Below, piece by piece: positions 37,740-51,100 of a stretch of DNA of 64,000 nt; the first letter of the stretch is position 1, and every line of letters starts with the position of its first letter. The DNA is taken from assembly GCA_051294905.1 (NCBI GenBank), contig CM119372.1:14014001-14078000 (forward strand), given 5' to 3'. The DNA comes from Botryllus schlosseri (Eukaryota). The position numbers were made by a program, and so were the translations under genes. The notes beneath the pieces are model-generated. The model was given only the letters and a program-made list of their open reading frames with translations, made no database searches and was not told the origin of the DNA.

Positions 37740-38263
37740 GATAGATTTAGGAGGCAGGTGCAGAGCAGTGCAACCACGTTTGATCGTAATGCAGCAGCGT
37801 TTGATGTTTTACAGTGGTTAGTTGAATCACACCTACTTGATTCGACTCCATATTCATGCTCGTGTCTGAGACTTTGTCTGACCATTGGTGTTTCAATTGT
37901 GAGCTGTAAGAGGAGCTTTTCAAAGCTCAAACTTATAACGTTTACGTTCTACCATGAATGATGATCGGCTATCAGCTATATATGCATTCTTTCTATAGAG
38001 AGAGACTACGTTCAAAATCTTGATTTTGAGGATATTGTCGTTGATTTCGCTCCGACAAAAGTCCGAAAAGTTCAGTTTTTAGGCGGCTATTGATTTTTCA
38101 TTTGCCTAACATATTCGTTCACGAGGCATTGTTTGTTATTATTTTATTGAAAAGATTGCTTGAACATGAAACTATGTCGAAATTTGCTGCGGTCTACTTG
38201 AAGGGGCGGCATTTTCAACGAAAGCCATGGGCGGCAGCACATGCTGATTGCTGCTACGCCACT
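37740..38263 (+). mobile_element. hAT (ZMYM1-like) transposase 3' remnant with right terminus
   Basis: LRLCLTIGVSIVSCKRSFSKLKLI..STMNDDRLSAICILSIERDYVQNLDFEDIVVDFAPTKVRKVQF (frameshifted); ends GCTGCTACGCCACTG. Confidence 0.8.
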
Positions 38264-38418
38264 GGTCGGGAACCGTTCGGCGGTCGACACCCCAATATCA
38301 TTTGCAACTTCCCTATGGGCGGTCGAAAGTCATGCACTATGACTATAGTGAGTTGCGGGTTAGAGTCCGACCGAGGTTTATATAAGCTCCCCCTCGTCGC
38401 CATCTTATTCGTGTAAGC

Positions 38419-39950
38419 CAGAGGTCTCAAACTCAAATGTGCTCGCGGGCCAATTTCCTATTTTTGATGGCGCCGCGGGCCGCACCACCAATAATAGGCG
38501 AATTCAATGTATTTCAAAGTAGGCCTTATTTCCGGGTTTCGAGCATAGCTCTACTCCTGATAACTAGGCTATTTTGACATGTCATTACGGAAGTCAAATA
38601 GAAACAGCGTTTGATTTTACCTTCGAATGTTGGAACAGATCAATAACAACTTGAACATAATGGATCTGTGCAATAACAATAGAAATGTGCAATCTCCGAA
38701 GAATCCGTTGGTGTTACAGCTGTGAAGCGTAGGCTACGACAAGTTGATACTCGCCACATTAAGTTGGCGATAATAACATATATAAAGATACCCAAGATTA
38801 CACGGGATGTAACCAACTATACATCAAAGGGGCGACATAATGCCAATGTCGGTTGCCATACCTACACTACATGCTTTGATATCTAAATAAGCTACGCAAC
38901 TCAAGCTACGACCTTTTGATATTTTACTATTTCTCCTATCAGTTTGATAGTTTGTTCAGAGTGTCCTATATGGTGTGGACACAAGCAAATCTCACGGCAC
39001 AGTGAAATTGGTCTTTGTCACACTTTCCATTTGGTCAAAGGCAATTTGACGGTAGTTTTTGATCAATGGAAAGCTATACCGCGGTACTGATTGCGAAAAT
39101 ATAAATTTTATTCTGTTCGTGGCCCTGGAACTCGCCAAAATAAGCCTTAAATGTTGCATTGTAAGTGAGTTTGGTATTGTGACGCAGCCATGCCGTCTGA
39201 GCAGATCAGAAGCAAATGCGCACGAGAGTGAGAGTGCTCAATCGCTTGCGTAACAATGGCCAATACGCTTGCAGCGTGCGGTGCTCCTCGCCTGCTCCCA
39301 GACGTCATTGCTGCATCACAATACCAATGTCACATACAATGCAACACTCGAGGCTTATTTTGGGGAGTTCCGGGACCACGAACAGAATAAATTTATATTT
39401 TCGCAATCAGTACCTGGGTAGCTTTCGATTGATACTCGTTTTATGAAATTTAGGCTAATACAGGACAAGCCGGACAAAAATTACCGTCAAATAGCCTTCG
39501 ACCAAATGGAATGTATGACGAACACCAATTTCACCAAGCCGTGAGATTTGCGTGGTTGTACCAAACCACGGCATTCCGAGTCACAAAAGTCCTTCTCTGT
39601 TTATAACGTTTGACGTGACGAGTACGAGTAATTCTACAGAGGGTCGCGTCCAAGACCAAATCACAATTTTCAGTCACGAATCATCAACGGGTCATGTTTT
39701 ACCATATTATACAAGTAATGTCACGTAATACTTGATCTTCCACTGAGTGGTAACTTTTGAAACTGATGTATTAGTGAAGTTTAATGAGTAGTTTCAGGAT
39801 TCTGGAGTAGTTTTAGAGCGAATTTTAAGTCCTCAAAAACTGGTAGTAAAATATTGTCGAATACTTCGAAATCCAAAATGCCGTCGCGGGCCGCACAAAA
39901 TGGTCTAGCGGGCCGCATGCGGCCCGCGGGCCGCGTGTTTGAGACCTCTG
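38419..39950. mobile_element. Non-autonomous hAT element (same family as 20759-21975, inverted)
   Basis: TIR CAGAGGTCTCAAAC; exact TSD GTGTAAGC. Confidence 0.92.
38982..39556. mobile_element. Nested element with imperfect terminal inverted repeats of about 80 bp
   Basis: 38982-39060 (GCAAATCTCACGGC...TTTGACGGTAGTTTTT) is the reverse complement of about 39476-39556. Confidence 0.7.
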
Positions 39951-42177
39951 GTGTAAGCGGTGTCTTATAAAAGCCTAGAAGTGGGCCGTGCTACAAGTCG
40001 GCAGCTACGGAATGGTGTTTTGAAATGATAAATTTTTTAGCAATAAATTGAATTGAAATTGAGGGAAATTGGCCTGGTGTAAATGACCATAGTAGTCAAC
40101 AAACACCATGAAAACCACAAACAACGATAACAACCATCACCACCATGAAGCCGATGGCGTCGCACAGTCGTCGGGATGAATTTAATAAGATATTGCCTAA
40201 AGGGTTCAGTCTCCATTCACAGTCCATATCAGACAGCGGCGAGTGTGCTCACTGCTCAGTGCTCACTGCTCAGCTCAGTTTTAGGCTAATAATCACTGTC
40301 ACTACTAGGTGGTATTGGTTTCGAGTCTCGGCTCTGGCACGTTTCTAAACGAGGCTTATCTGGACCCCTCCTCGTCCACGCCGCCAAACACTACATAGAT
40401 TGTAAACATTGTAATGTTGGGCGCTGTCATGATTCCGAGCCAAGTTCTAGTTGTGGTTGGACTAAATGAAAATGCTCGCGATATTATATTTGCAGGTATA
40501 ACCAAATGATGGTTAGATTGAAGTCGTCGTTGATGCATCGAAGTAGCGAACCAATAAATGAAAGTCAATTTATTAGCAATCTCTATCAAATTTACCGAAA
40601 TATGATGCATGCACTCACCACGTACCACCGTCGTTCGACATTGATTTCGACTGATCGCCGACGATTATAGCTTAATGAAACTCTCTAATTCGAGATTGGG
40701 TTCATTTGAAATAAAAGGGTTCGCCCTTGTCACGAAGCCCTAGTGATATGCAATACGATGCTTTTGTAGTCGCCTATTTTACGCGACTGACGCTATTTGT
40801 CGTCAGATATCTGTACAAATATTCCCAGCGCACACTCATATTGTCGGGCGTCCGTGAGGTGGGAGTGTTCTCTGCGTGAGCTAAGCTACTTCGCAGGAAA
40901 AAGCACTGTATGAGAATGAGACTATTAGAGAGGTACACGTTACTGTGTCGTCTTTACCAAAGAATGTAGAAGGTCTTTACTACACAGATGAAAGTGCTTG
41001 TCTGCCTCGTTGCAAATATCGTGTTGTGGATTACGCGACGCTGATGAGTATTTGTTTACGTAGAGTTAGAAGTTAGGCATATATATTTGCGCACGTTAGC
41101 TTCATTCGCATTTTAGAAGTAACCTTAGTCATATTACTTCTAAATGTGTTGTAGTTTTTGTCTTTGAAGAATAGAATATCACTTGCATATCGCGTTCTGA
41201 ATGTATGCGACAAGCGCGTTAGAAATTGAATTGTTTAATAACTACGTAGTAAAGATTATGATGATGAAGCTGCTAAAAACTGATATTGACCGCAAAATTC
41301 TGTGTTCTTTACAGTATCATAGCATGGCATTTACCACGCGTTTTTATTGATGCTTACCCATTATGACATAAAACAGGTATAGGCCTATATAGCAATGTAA
41401 ATATGTTACTCATGAAGCATGGTAGACGTGACCAATCACCATATTGTAGTTCGAAGACTATAACTATCGGCTTGCAATACTGTACAATGTAGCCTATATA
41501 TAAACGTACCGTAGTAGATCTTTATTCGTGAGCCTATGCTACAGCTAGTTTTACATGTGTTATTGTAATTGTTGAGTTGGATTTGATCAGTAGGCCTACA
41601 TCAACAGGTCTTTCTTTCAAGATGATAATTTTTCAATTGGAAATGGGATTTACGGGATTTACCCATAACGTGCAAAGATAGGCATACAGATACAAAAGCC
41701 TAGCCTACCAGTGCAATGAGCATGTGATTATCAATCACTTTATCCTTTTTCAAATTCGCAGCGATGCAATACTACACCAATCGTCTGTAGCCTATTATGT
41801 GTTAGGGTAGGACATGTTGCATATAGGCTAATCTTCATATTTTGAATAACTCTCCATTGTAGATGGCATGTGAGTAAGGCTATACATTAAATGTCTATTT
41901 TTCCAATTAATCTATTGGACTTAATTTTGGTTTTCTGTTGCATCCTGGTTCATGTATAGATACAGATTTGGCCATTTCAATATTTTTATAGCTCAATACT
42001 ATATTCACAGTATCTGGTTATATAACTGATTCAGTAATTGTCTTGACAAATATGCTCATTCGCTGTGACCCACTAGGTATGCTTATTGGGACTTCACGGG
42101 ATTGTCAAAAGCTACATACTGAATTTCAGCATAGTTTTATGTCCTAGTAGTATTTCATTTTCTTAATATCAGTCATA

Positions 42178-45100
42178 ATGTCATCCGATGAATCTGATAG
42201 CATCACTTCATCCGAGGATTCTGATAGCATCCTCCCAAATTTACAGAAGTAAGTAACATTTTCCGAATTGATAATTAGAAATCATTGTACCTTGCCTCCT
42301 GCATTTCAAATTATCTGTAAGGAATTCATGAATTATTCATATGACGATTGTCAGTGTGTGATCAGTGATCGAAATTGAATAAATTTTACTCCATTTGAAT
42401 ATGGTGGATGTTAGAATGCTATTAGAAAACTGTCTTTATTATATTGCCAAAACGAATCTCCAAAGTTTAAGCTGTCTTTGCCAATGTGATGTGGATATAC
42501 ACTAAATCTGTGCTGATTGTTTGGATTAGGGTATCACCGACCACCTTGCAGCTCTATGTGCAAACAAATAGTCAATCAACCTATTTAAGTCAGGGAACAT
42601 CTGTGTTGATAATATGTTGGCTTTTGTATATGTAGGCCTAATTGCAGTGACAGTAGGTGTGCGTGCTATCAAGCTATATCAGTTAAAATCAAGTTGTATA
42701 ATGCTACTGCGTAGCTTTCGGTTGTCCCATCATTTTGATCAACTATACAACAATACCATAGGCCTATCTATTTAAATTTGCAACACTGTTCACAACCATT
42801 TTCATTCAGTATGACGTATTACAAATGATTAAGCAGTCAGTAATAGACAAATGCGCATTAACATTCGTAACTACAAATTTGAAGTATATGAGTAGCCTAC
42901 TTGACTACAAAATTATAGGTACCGTAAGTATGTTCGTAAAAAAATTTCCAGAACCAGGGAATTGTGGAGTCAAAAGTCTGATGGCGTCTCCACAGATCAT
43001 ATGATGCCTAAAAGTGTAACTGCAAGCAGTAAATCGCCATCCCACCGGGTACAAGTCCACGTTGAAACCCACGAAACAGAAATTGTACGAGCCGAGGACA
43101 AGGTAAATACTTGTAGCCTACAATGAATGCGATCTGTTGCCTTGAATTTTGTGATTGCATATTTGCTTCGCAGCATTAAAACTTGAATAGCTACGTCAAT
43201 TGTTATTGTATTGTTGATCATAATTTGATTTAAATTGTTCATTTCAAGGTTGACGATGACTTCAGTATGCCAGATGTGAAATCGATGAAGTCAAAATGGG
43301 AGGTGGCTGGCCCACCTCCTTCACTAAAGAGTCCCAGTCCCGTTCTTAAAAAGTCGAAGCCCACAAATCAGCCCACCCAATCATCAGAACCAGGTGAACA
43401 GTATTATATCATTCAAATTAATATGTGTCATTGAGCTTCTGCTATCACATGAAGAACTGAATAACAATGTTCATGGGCATATAGTACAATTACAAGACTG
43501 TATTAGATGTTATTAGTAAGCCTATATTTGCTGCAAACAACATGAAAGCAGGCGGATGACATGAGCTGTGTTGCAACCAGTCCTGTAATTTGACCTGAAC
43601 ATAATATTAAATCTGATAAGAGAATGATATATCAGATATTGTAGATGAACAAGTGCCATTTGTACATGATATTCAGACAAACAATTGTCATTGCGCATTT
43701 GTAATGATTTATTTGATACTATATTTCTGTGAATTGCTACTCTACTGATAGGCTAGTCTTGCTCACAAATACATGAGACACTAGTACAGCAATAGAATCG
43801 CTTATGAATAGTTTAACTGTTTGCTAATTAGGTCAAGATCAACCGTAACATCATCTAATCTATAGAAATTTTTTTAGTAGTCCCGGTCAATCGTGAGCCT
43901 GAGCAACAAGAAGAATATGAAGTCAAACTTGGCGCTTTGAAAGAGAAGTTTGAAAAGGAGGCCAAGGTAAATGCTGTTTTAGACCTGAATTAGAATTTGC
44001 TCGGAATATATTCTTGTCATATACGCCTTTGTGTGTCCACTCTATAAAATTTTAAATTCAACATTGAAGCGTAACAAGTCAAACAAGAAAACAGTCCGGC
44101 GCTGGCGCTCCTACAAAATGAGAAATATATGCGCCAAGTTTGAGAATGGTACTGAAACTTACACATCCACATTGTGCTTGAAACTGGTGAGAAATCGTGG
44201 TTTAGTCCGAAGTGACTATGCTCGTTGATGTGTAACCGTTCAACTTTGTTTGAACAGACATGGGATTGTGTTTGGAAATATCTGTTGTATATACCTCTCA
44301 TTCTAATGAACCATGTGAGGAGGGCATAGCTTAACTGATAAGGATTTGTGTGTTCAAGCTGTGGTTGTGAATGTTGTTTTTTAAAACTTGAATGCCCTAT
44401 ACCTATTTGAAACTGAAAGATACGTCAATCATTATTCTTCGTGATGGTGAATTTCATTTACTGGAATGTTTACTTTACTTTTTTGTGACTATCTGTGATT
44501 TTGTGGGGTGTTTGTGAATGCACAATGCCATGCAATAATAAGCCACTGTATTTGTAATGTACTGAGCATGATATGGCCTATTGCTTAAGTGGTATGGATT
44601 AAATGCTAATTCCACAACTAATCCGTAATGCTTTTCCAAATCTATTAAAGGCTTCAAGAGGAAAAGTCGTTTGGGATGACAATCCCAGGGAAAGCATTTC
44701 TAAAGCAGCTGTTGACGAAAAAAAGAATAGGTGAGATTTGACTTTCCATTCCTAACTGTTGGAGATATAAATCAAGACTTCTCTAAGATTTGTCTGAATA
44801 TTGTTATTAGTAGGGCTTGTATATTTGTTTTGACTGGGCTTAACATTTTGTCTCGCAAGCTTGTGTAGGTAGGCTGCTATATCCTTCTGAATATTGTTTT
44901 AAGTATGACCAATATTGGAACGCCAGGCTGGTGGGAAAACACTTCCATATCACTCCAAGTAAAATACTCATCTCTCATTCATTTTAATATTAATTTACGT
45001 CATTTGAATTTTTGCTATCACTGTTTTATCAATACATCTTGACCGTTGTTTTATCCTTCATCATACACTAACCTGCACAGCCTACTTTATGTTAAAGTTT

Positions 45101-48100
45101 TTTCCATGCACGTATTGAAGCTCGGTCCTTAATAAATAAAGTCTCTCAGACAGCTTAAAGTGGATAAATTTACCTATGCGAATCAAGTGCTTTTTATGTC
45201 ATAAAAATAATTTTTCATTGCATTCACTTGGTCCACAGGTTAAAGTATGACTTGCATCAGTGGTGGTATGAGATGATCCTTGCGTTTTGACTTGCCACAT
45301 TGTTCAGTTCTTATCTTTTGTTGTGTCTAGTGGTGAATTTCTGGTGATGTGAATGTGTATCAGCTAGTTACACCCTGGATAAACAAGTTTTATGAAGCGT
45401 GAGACCATAGTCGGCATGTAATAATTCCGTACATGCATATTGGACATTTTATTGGTGTCATAAATACTGCATTAGCATATACTTCTCTACTGCATAGGAA
45501 GCGATGCAATAATTGTTTTTCCAATGGCATCCGGCATCAATATATAATATTTTGTGTAAATTTAATATTGTGTGTAAATTATGTTGGTGAATTGAAGAGT
45601 CAAGTTTGCAATATATTTTCGTCAACTTGTATTACCTTCCATGTCTGCTTTCTATTTACCATTTCCTGTCCCGCTTTGGCATGCTTCTCTGATTTAAATG
45701 CACTTCACCTTCACCGGACCTCTAATTCTGTCGGCCTATGTAACCTACACCGCATTGCGTTTGACATGAAATAACCGATCAAACTGAACCTGAAGTGCTT
45801 TTACTTCTTTTCTTATATATTCTGCATATTGCATTTGTATTTCTTTTTTTGATCAGGAAAGTGAGGCATGTTACTTCCACTAAGAGCAACTCTCCACCAA
45901 CTTCTTCACGTAAAACAGCTGTCTCTGACAAAAGGTGCATGAAAAGATATATCATTTCAATATGTTGCAGTTGTTGCAGTTTGCTACTACTTGCCTAGTC
46001 TTGCATGGATTTCTAGCCTGCATGGGTGCGTTTTATTGCATGAATAACGACAAGGTCTTGTGATTATGGTTATCTTTTATAGATAACAAATTTTTGCCTT
46101 GTTTTTGTGTGTTTGTCTAACGCTAGAAAGAGATTTAGGACTTGCTACAATTCTGGTACTGGGTATTGTTGCACTTTCACAAACACAATCTATTCAACTG
46201 GAGTAACTACTTGAGATTTTGTTATGTGATAGTCCTGATCAATTGTGTTGGTGGTAATCCAATTCCTTGGATACTATAATCTGTTCCTAATTGGTGAAAG
46301 CCAACTTGTTTCGGCATGATTGGTACAGTTGATACTGTAACAGTCATACTGTAACTGATTTGCTGGTAGCGTATGGTTTAGTGCATTGTGTAACTTTTGA
46401 TATAAATTCATAATTGTCGACGTCTGCAAAATGTTTGGCAGTGATATTTTAATTGAATAAGCTTTTCCATTGTGGATCACAGTTATACATTTAAGAAATA
46501 GACACAACTCATCACGCATGTTATCCAAGGTTTGCTGGAGTTGCAGAGATGAGCTAGCAATATTCTGTAGTACTTGTGTCAATTGTGATTGGTATTTCAG
46601 TGAATGCTCTGTTAGAAGAATGTCGCTATAGTGTATAATATGTTGTAATCTTTCGGTTTCATTTACAAAAAAGTTTTGTGTAGTGAAATACGTATCACTA
46701 CTTGATATCCATGACAAATTTTCAGCATGTTAAGCCTGGGTGCTCTATTTTGGATATAAGTCCCCCAAGGAGTTATTAACAGCGACCTATCAATAGTTTT
46801 CTTGTTTGTAGATTTACTAAAGTTGGCATTCATAGCCGTCTTTGCCGTAGCTGACGCTACTCATCTTGATTGTATCTTCGGCAAACATTTCCTTGGTACA
46901 CATACATTTACTTTACTTGAATTTGAAATGGTTATAATGAAAGCAATGGGTGGATAACTACTAGTGATAGCCTGTCTCGTGATCGTTGGCTATGTTTAAT
47001 TACGGTGTGTGGTTTGTACCGAAGGCGTGTTCGGTGAATTAACTTGAGTCAATTCTCAATTGTAACACCAGTGCTTGTACGTGGTCATCATGTCATAGAA
47101 CATCTACTGCATGTCTTAATTGCGTTGTAGATTTGAGAGTGAAATCAAAGCTCAAAAACATTATCAACCGATGAGGGAAGGTCCTGTTGAAATGCCTGCC
47201 GTCGAGTTGAGCTCTTTGAAGCAACAATTTGAGCTTCGCAAGGACGAAAAATTAGTGATTCCAATGCCTGACATGCCATCCAATCATAAGAAACGAAGGT
47301 ATGTTTAATTCTGTAATTCACTGAAACTTTGTTAATTTTGTGTGGTACATTCAAGCAAAGTCTTGAAAAGTCTGGTGATTAGTAAAACTGCATGATCATT
47401 GTATGTCGCTGTCTAATAGTGTTGGTTCACAGACAGATATCGGTATCATCAGACGCCAGTTCACAAGTGGTTGATATCGTTCGGCATGATGAGCCTAGTC
47501 ATGAAGAAGTTAATTTCGAAATTGAAATCAAGTCTCTCCGAAAACGCTTCGAACAGGCCTCAAACACTGACGAAACCAAGCAACGACCACAGCCGGTGCG
47601 TCAGAGAAAGGTATTTTTATTCATACTTTTCGGTCTGCTGACTATGTGACCTGCTATAGACATTCTAGATAATCGGAGATGGGGGCCATCCTTTATCACA
47701 GTTCTTTGAAGTATTTTGTGAATGCTGTTGACAAAGCGAACGAGTAATTGGAGTGTAGCAGGAGACATGCATGTTTGGCATGGTTGCTTTAGAGGTTTAT
47801 TAGTTGAATAACTTCCGTGCTAGATGAAGCTATTAGCCACCTTCTCGTATGTGGCTCCTGATGATTATATTATTTTCGTAATGGCAGCTGGATTCCTAAT
47901 ATATTGCAATATAGGTCCCATGGTCGCTATCGGCAAGACGTGCTGAAATTTTCATGCAATTATATGCACGGCATTAAATAATTCATTCCATGTAGCGTTT
48001 GATATGCAGCTGCAAATGAATTTAATTTTTCTCCCTATGCCTTCATGACACCCTTGTTATTGTGGGTACCGTGAGCACTCGATTGCATGTATATTTTATG

Positions 48101-51100
48101 ACTACTCACTTTCTTTTATTGCGTATTTCAGACCTCGGATCAAACTGCAAATCGCCAACGAGCAATGTCAGAGTCTGATAGTAAGTTTTTTATGCTTTTT
48201 TTTCTTTTCCAGTCGGATACAATCGATGTTTTGCATGCCTAATTTACATTCCAAACCACCAGAGACCTTACTTAGTTCGATTGCATCAACATTCTACAAG
48301 CTACAGAAGCATACAATCATCATTTTTCGATCAATTAGGATATGTCGGATACTTGATGATTGTATTGCTGCTCGTAATGTGTCCATCTCGTTTGAAATCA
48401 ATTACTTCCTGAAGTACCATTTCGTCTGCTCGTTGAATGTCATTCAATTGGCGATATGTCACACATACATGCCGCTATCGTTCAGCCGGTTCTTGTGAAA
48501 TTGACAATAATTTTTGCAAATTTCAGTTCTTTAGACCTGGAGCATAATAGTTGATCATTTGAAAGATTTATCGGTCCAAATTTGTCAAAATGTTCTCCAA
48601 AAGCTAATGTGGTAATTGCTGATGGTCCATTGGTCCCATAACCGATGCTACTATTTTCATGTTACTCACGATTAGGGCTGGGGCCCCACTGATTCAAGTA
48701 CTCAAATATGAATCGAATATTAATTGTATTGATTCGAGTTGGGTAGTGAGAAACAATTTTTTTTGGGTGGGCCTACTAAGATTATTCACCCCTTTTCACT
48801 AAGAGTTAGCACAAAGCTATGCACATTAGTGTAAACTTCATTTCTTTAAAGTCGGGATTGACCCGCAGCATTGTCACAAAGTGCAATAAAATATGTATGG
48901 ATGAATAAAAATCAAATTATCTGTAATGTGTTGTATAAGTGGGATTTTTTTATTATTTTTGCTCGAATACTACTCAGATATTGACTTGAAGCTTAGTGTG
49001 ATACCCGATTCGCAATCAAAGAACTCAGTGTCCTGATTTTTCCAGCCATAATCAAGTCCCACAATGTACTATGCCCTACTAAATATAATAAGATGTAACG
49101 GATGAACAGGTAAGAGGGTGTCGTAATGACCATACACGGTATGTCAATCTAACATCCGCCTTGTCTTGCTGGTAATAGTACCTTTGTAACTTCGACATGG
49201 ATAGTGCTATGTTCTCATGTTTGTCGCTTTATTGTTCATGCAGCTGCCCAAGATCTGTTTAAGGTTGGACCAAAAGTCCATGATCATGTAATCCGAAAAA
49301 GCTTTAGGAATGCCCTTCATTGACCTAATCCATTATTTATTTGATTACAAAGTGACAATTAATAGGGACATAATCTAATTGGCCAACTGTGCAGTTATCC
49401 CCCAGTATGTAGGGCTCTAATCAATTTCGGATCAGACATCAGATGTCGTTTCAAACGTTCATGATTTCTGGTGTTCCTTGCAGAAATATTAAGATATATC
49501 AGCTATCCCTGATATTCCTGTATGAAAGAAAATCCATAGAAAGCACTAGGTAGGCTCATTGCAAATTGTACGCCTAATGAATTCACTAGCAAACCCTAGG
49601 TTGGATCATTGCAAATTGTATGCTTAATGATCAGCCTCAGTTTCCCGGTTATATCTTGTGCTAGACGATGCCAGGGGTATTCAGATTAATGATTTACTGT
49701 GTATTGACAAAATCGGTGCTTATGTCCTTCATGAACCCGGCGTTTTATGTACTGCTGAGCAGAATGTGTTAGTTTTATGTAGCAATATGCCGGCACAACC
49801 TTTTAGGATGCTTGTTTGTTTGGTTATGTCATATCCGCAGTGCTGGATTTGTGAATGGAAATGTATGGAACAGCCTTCCAAATTCTCACAGTTCTGATAT
49901 CAGAATCCAAGCCCTTCTTTTTCTGAACTGTTTCTAGTGTAAAATCCAATCAGTTTCTATGGTATAAGGAATGGTACAGTGTTCCATTTCTTGAAATATT
50001 ACATAGGCCTACCGTTATGCCCTAATCCGATTATTTGTATTCTGGGTGTAATATCTGTTTACTCAAGAAATATGATGACTTCCAGATGCCAAATTCCAGC
50101 TCTTTCATGTGGTCTGATCTTTTTTATCAGCTGTTCCTGAACGACATTGGTCCTTTTCATTGTGATGCCTTCGAATTGAGTGATAGGCTGGGTTGGCACG
50201 CTATATCCCGCATTGCCATCAACGCCCCGCTCCTATAGGCCTACTCTCTCAAATCTTCTAATGTGAGCATTGGCTATTTAACATGAAAATATCTACAGTT
50301 GCGGTGAGTCGTTATTATGTCCCATTTTATGATTACATAGGTCAGTTCATGCCTGATTTGTGTCAGTTTATTAAGCGCTGGTACTTCAAAACATTGCTCC
50401 AACATGTGTGGATGATTCATTATAGCGACACCCTTGAGATACATGACATTGGATAACCAAATCTCACTTTACTGAACTTGAAGAGGCACTGCACTCAAAA
50501 AATAATGTAGTCTCAAATTGAAGGGCAAAACGAATTAAAAATTTTAGCTGCAGCCGTTTTCTTCAAAGCGCCACCTTAATGGAACTGCAATTTATTGAAA
50601 TTTCGATAGCAACTTCACGCTCCAGCAGTCACCCAGAGATCGAACTTTATATAGTTGTCAGCCAATGCTATGAAGGAAATATGTCGTACACGCTCTATGT
50701 CCTAAAGAAATAAAATAGGCTACACTAGGTCCGATTTTGACATAAATCTCCTGACTGAACATCTTCCGTTGAACGCCACGGTATCTAAACCACCTTGGCG
50801 TGTACGACATATTTCCTTCATAACATCGACTGACAATGATATAAAATTCGATCTCTGCGTGACTGCTAGAGCGTGAAGTTGCTATCGAAATTTCAATAAA
50901 TTGCAGCTCCATTACGGTGGCGTTCTGAAGAAAACGGCTGCGGCCAAAATTTATATTTCGTTTTGCCCTTCAATTTGAGACCACATCATTTTTAGAAGGC
51001 AGTGCCCCTTTAGCCCCCAGGATGATGTTTATTCATGTCACTGGTTATCAGTAGGCCCATCAGTTATCCCCTATCGGTTATGCCATGTTTCCAAAATGTG

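Noticed and set aside
46274..46717. 147-codon antisense ORF in a gene 3 intron as a nested gene
   Set aside because: It starts at TTG with an in-frame stop just upstream, and has no recognisable domain or clear splice partners. It cannot be supported without expression data.
49244..49287. Possible extra exon of gene 3
   Set aside because: An acceptor is present, but the available donors give a phase incompatible with the next exon (51207).
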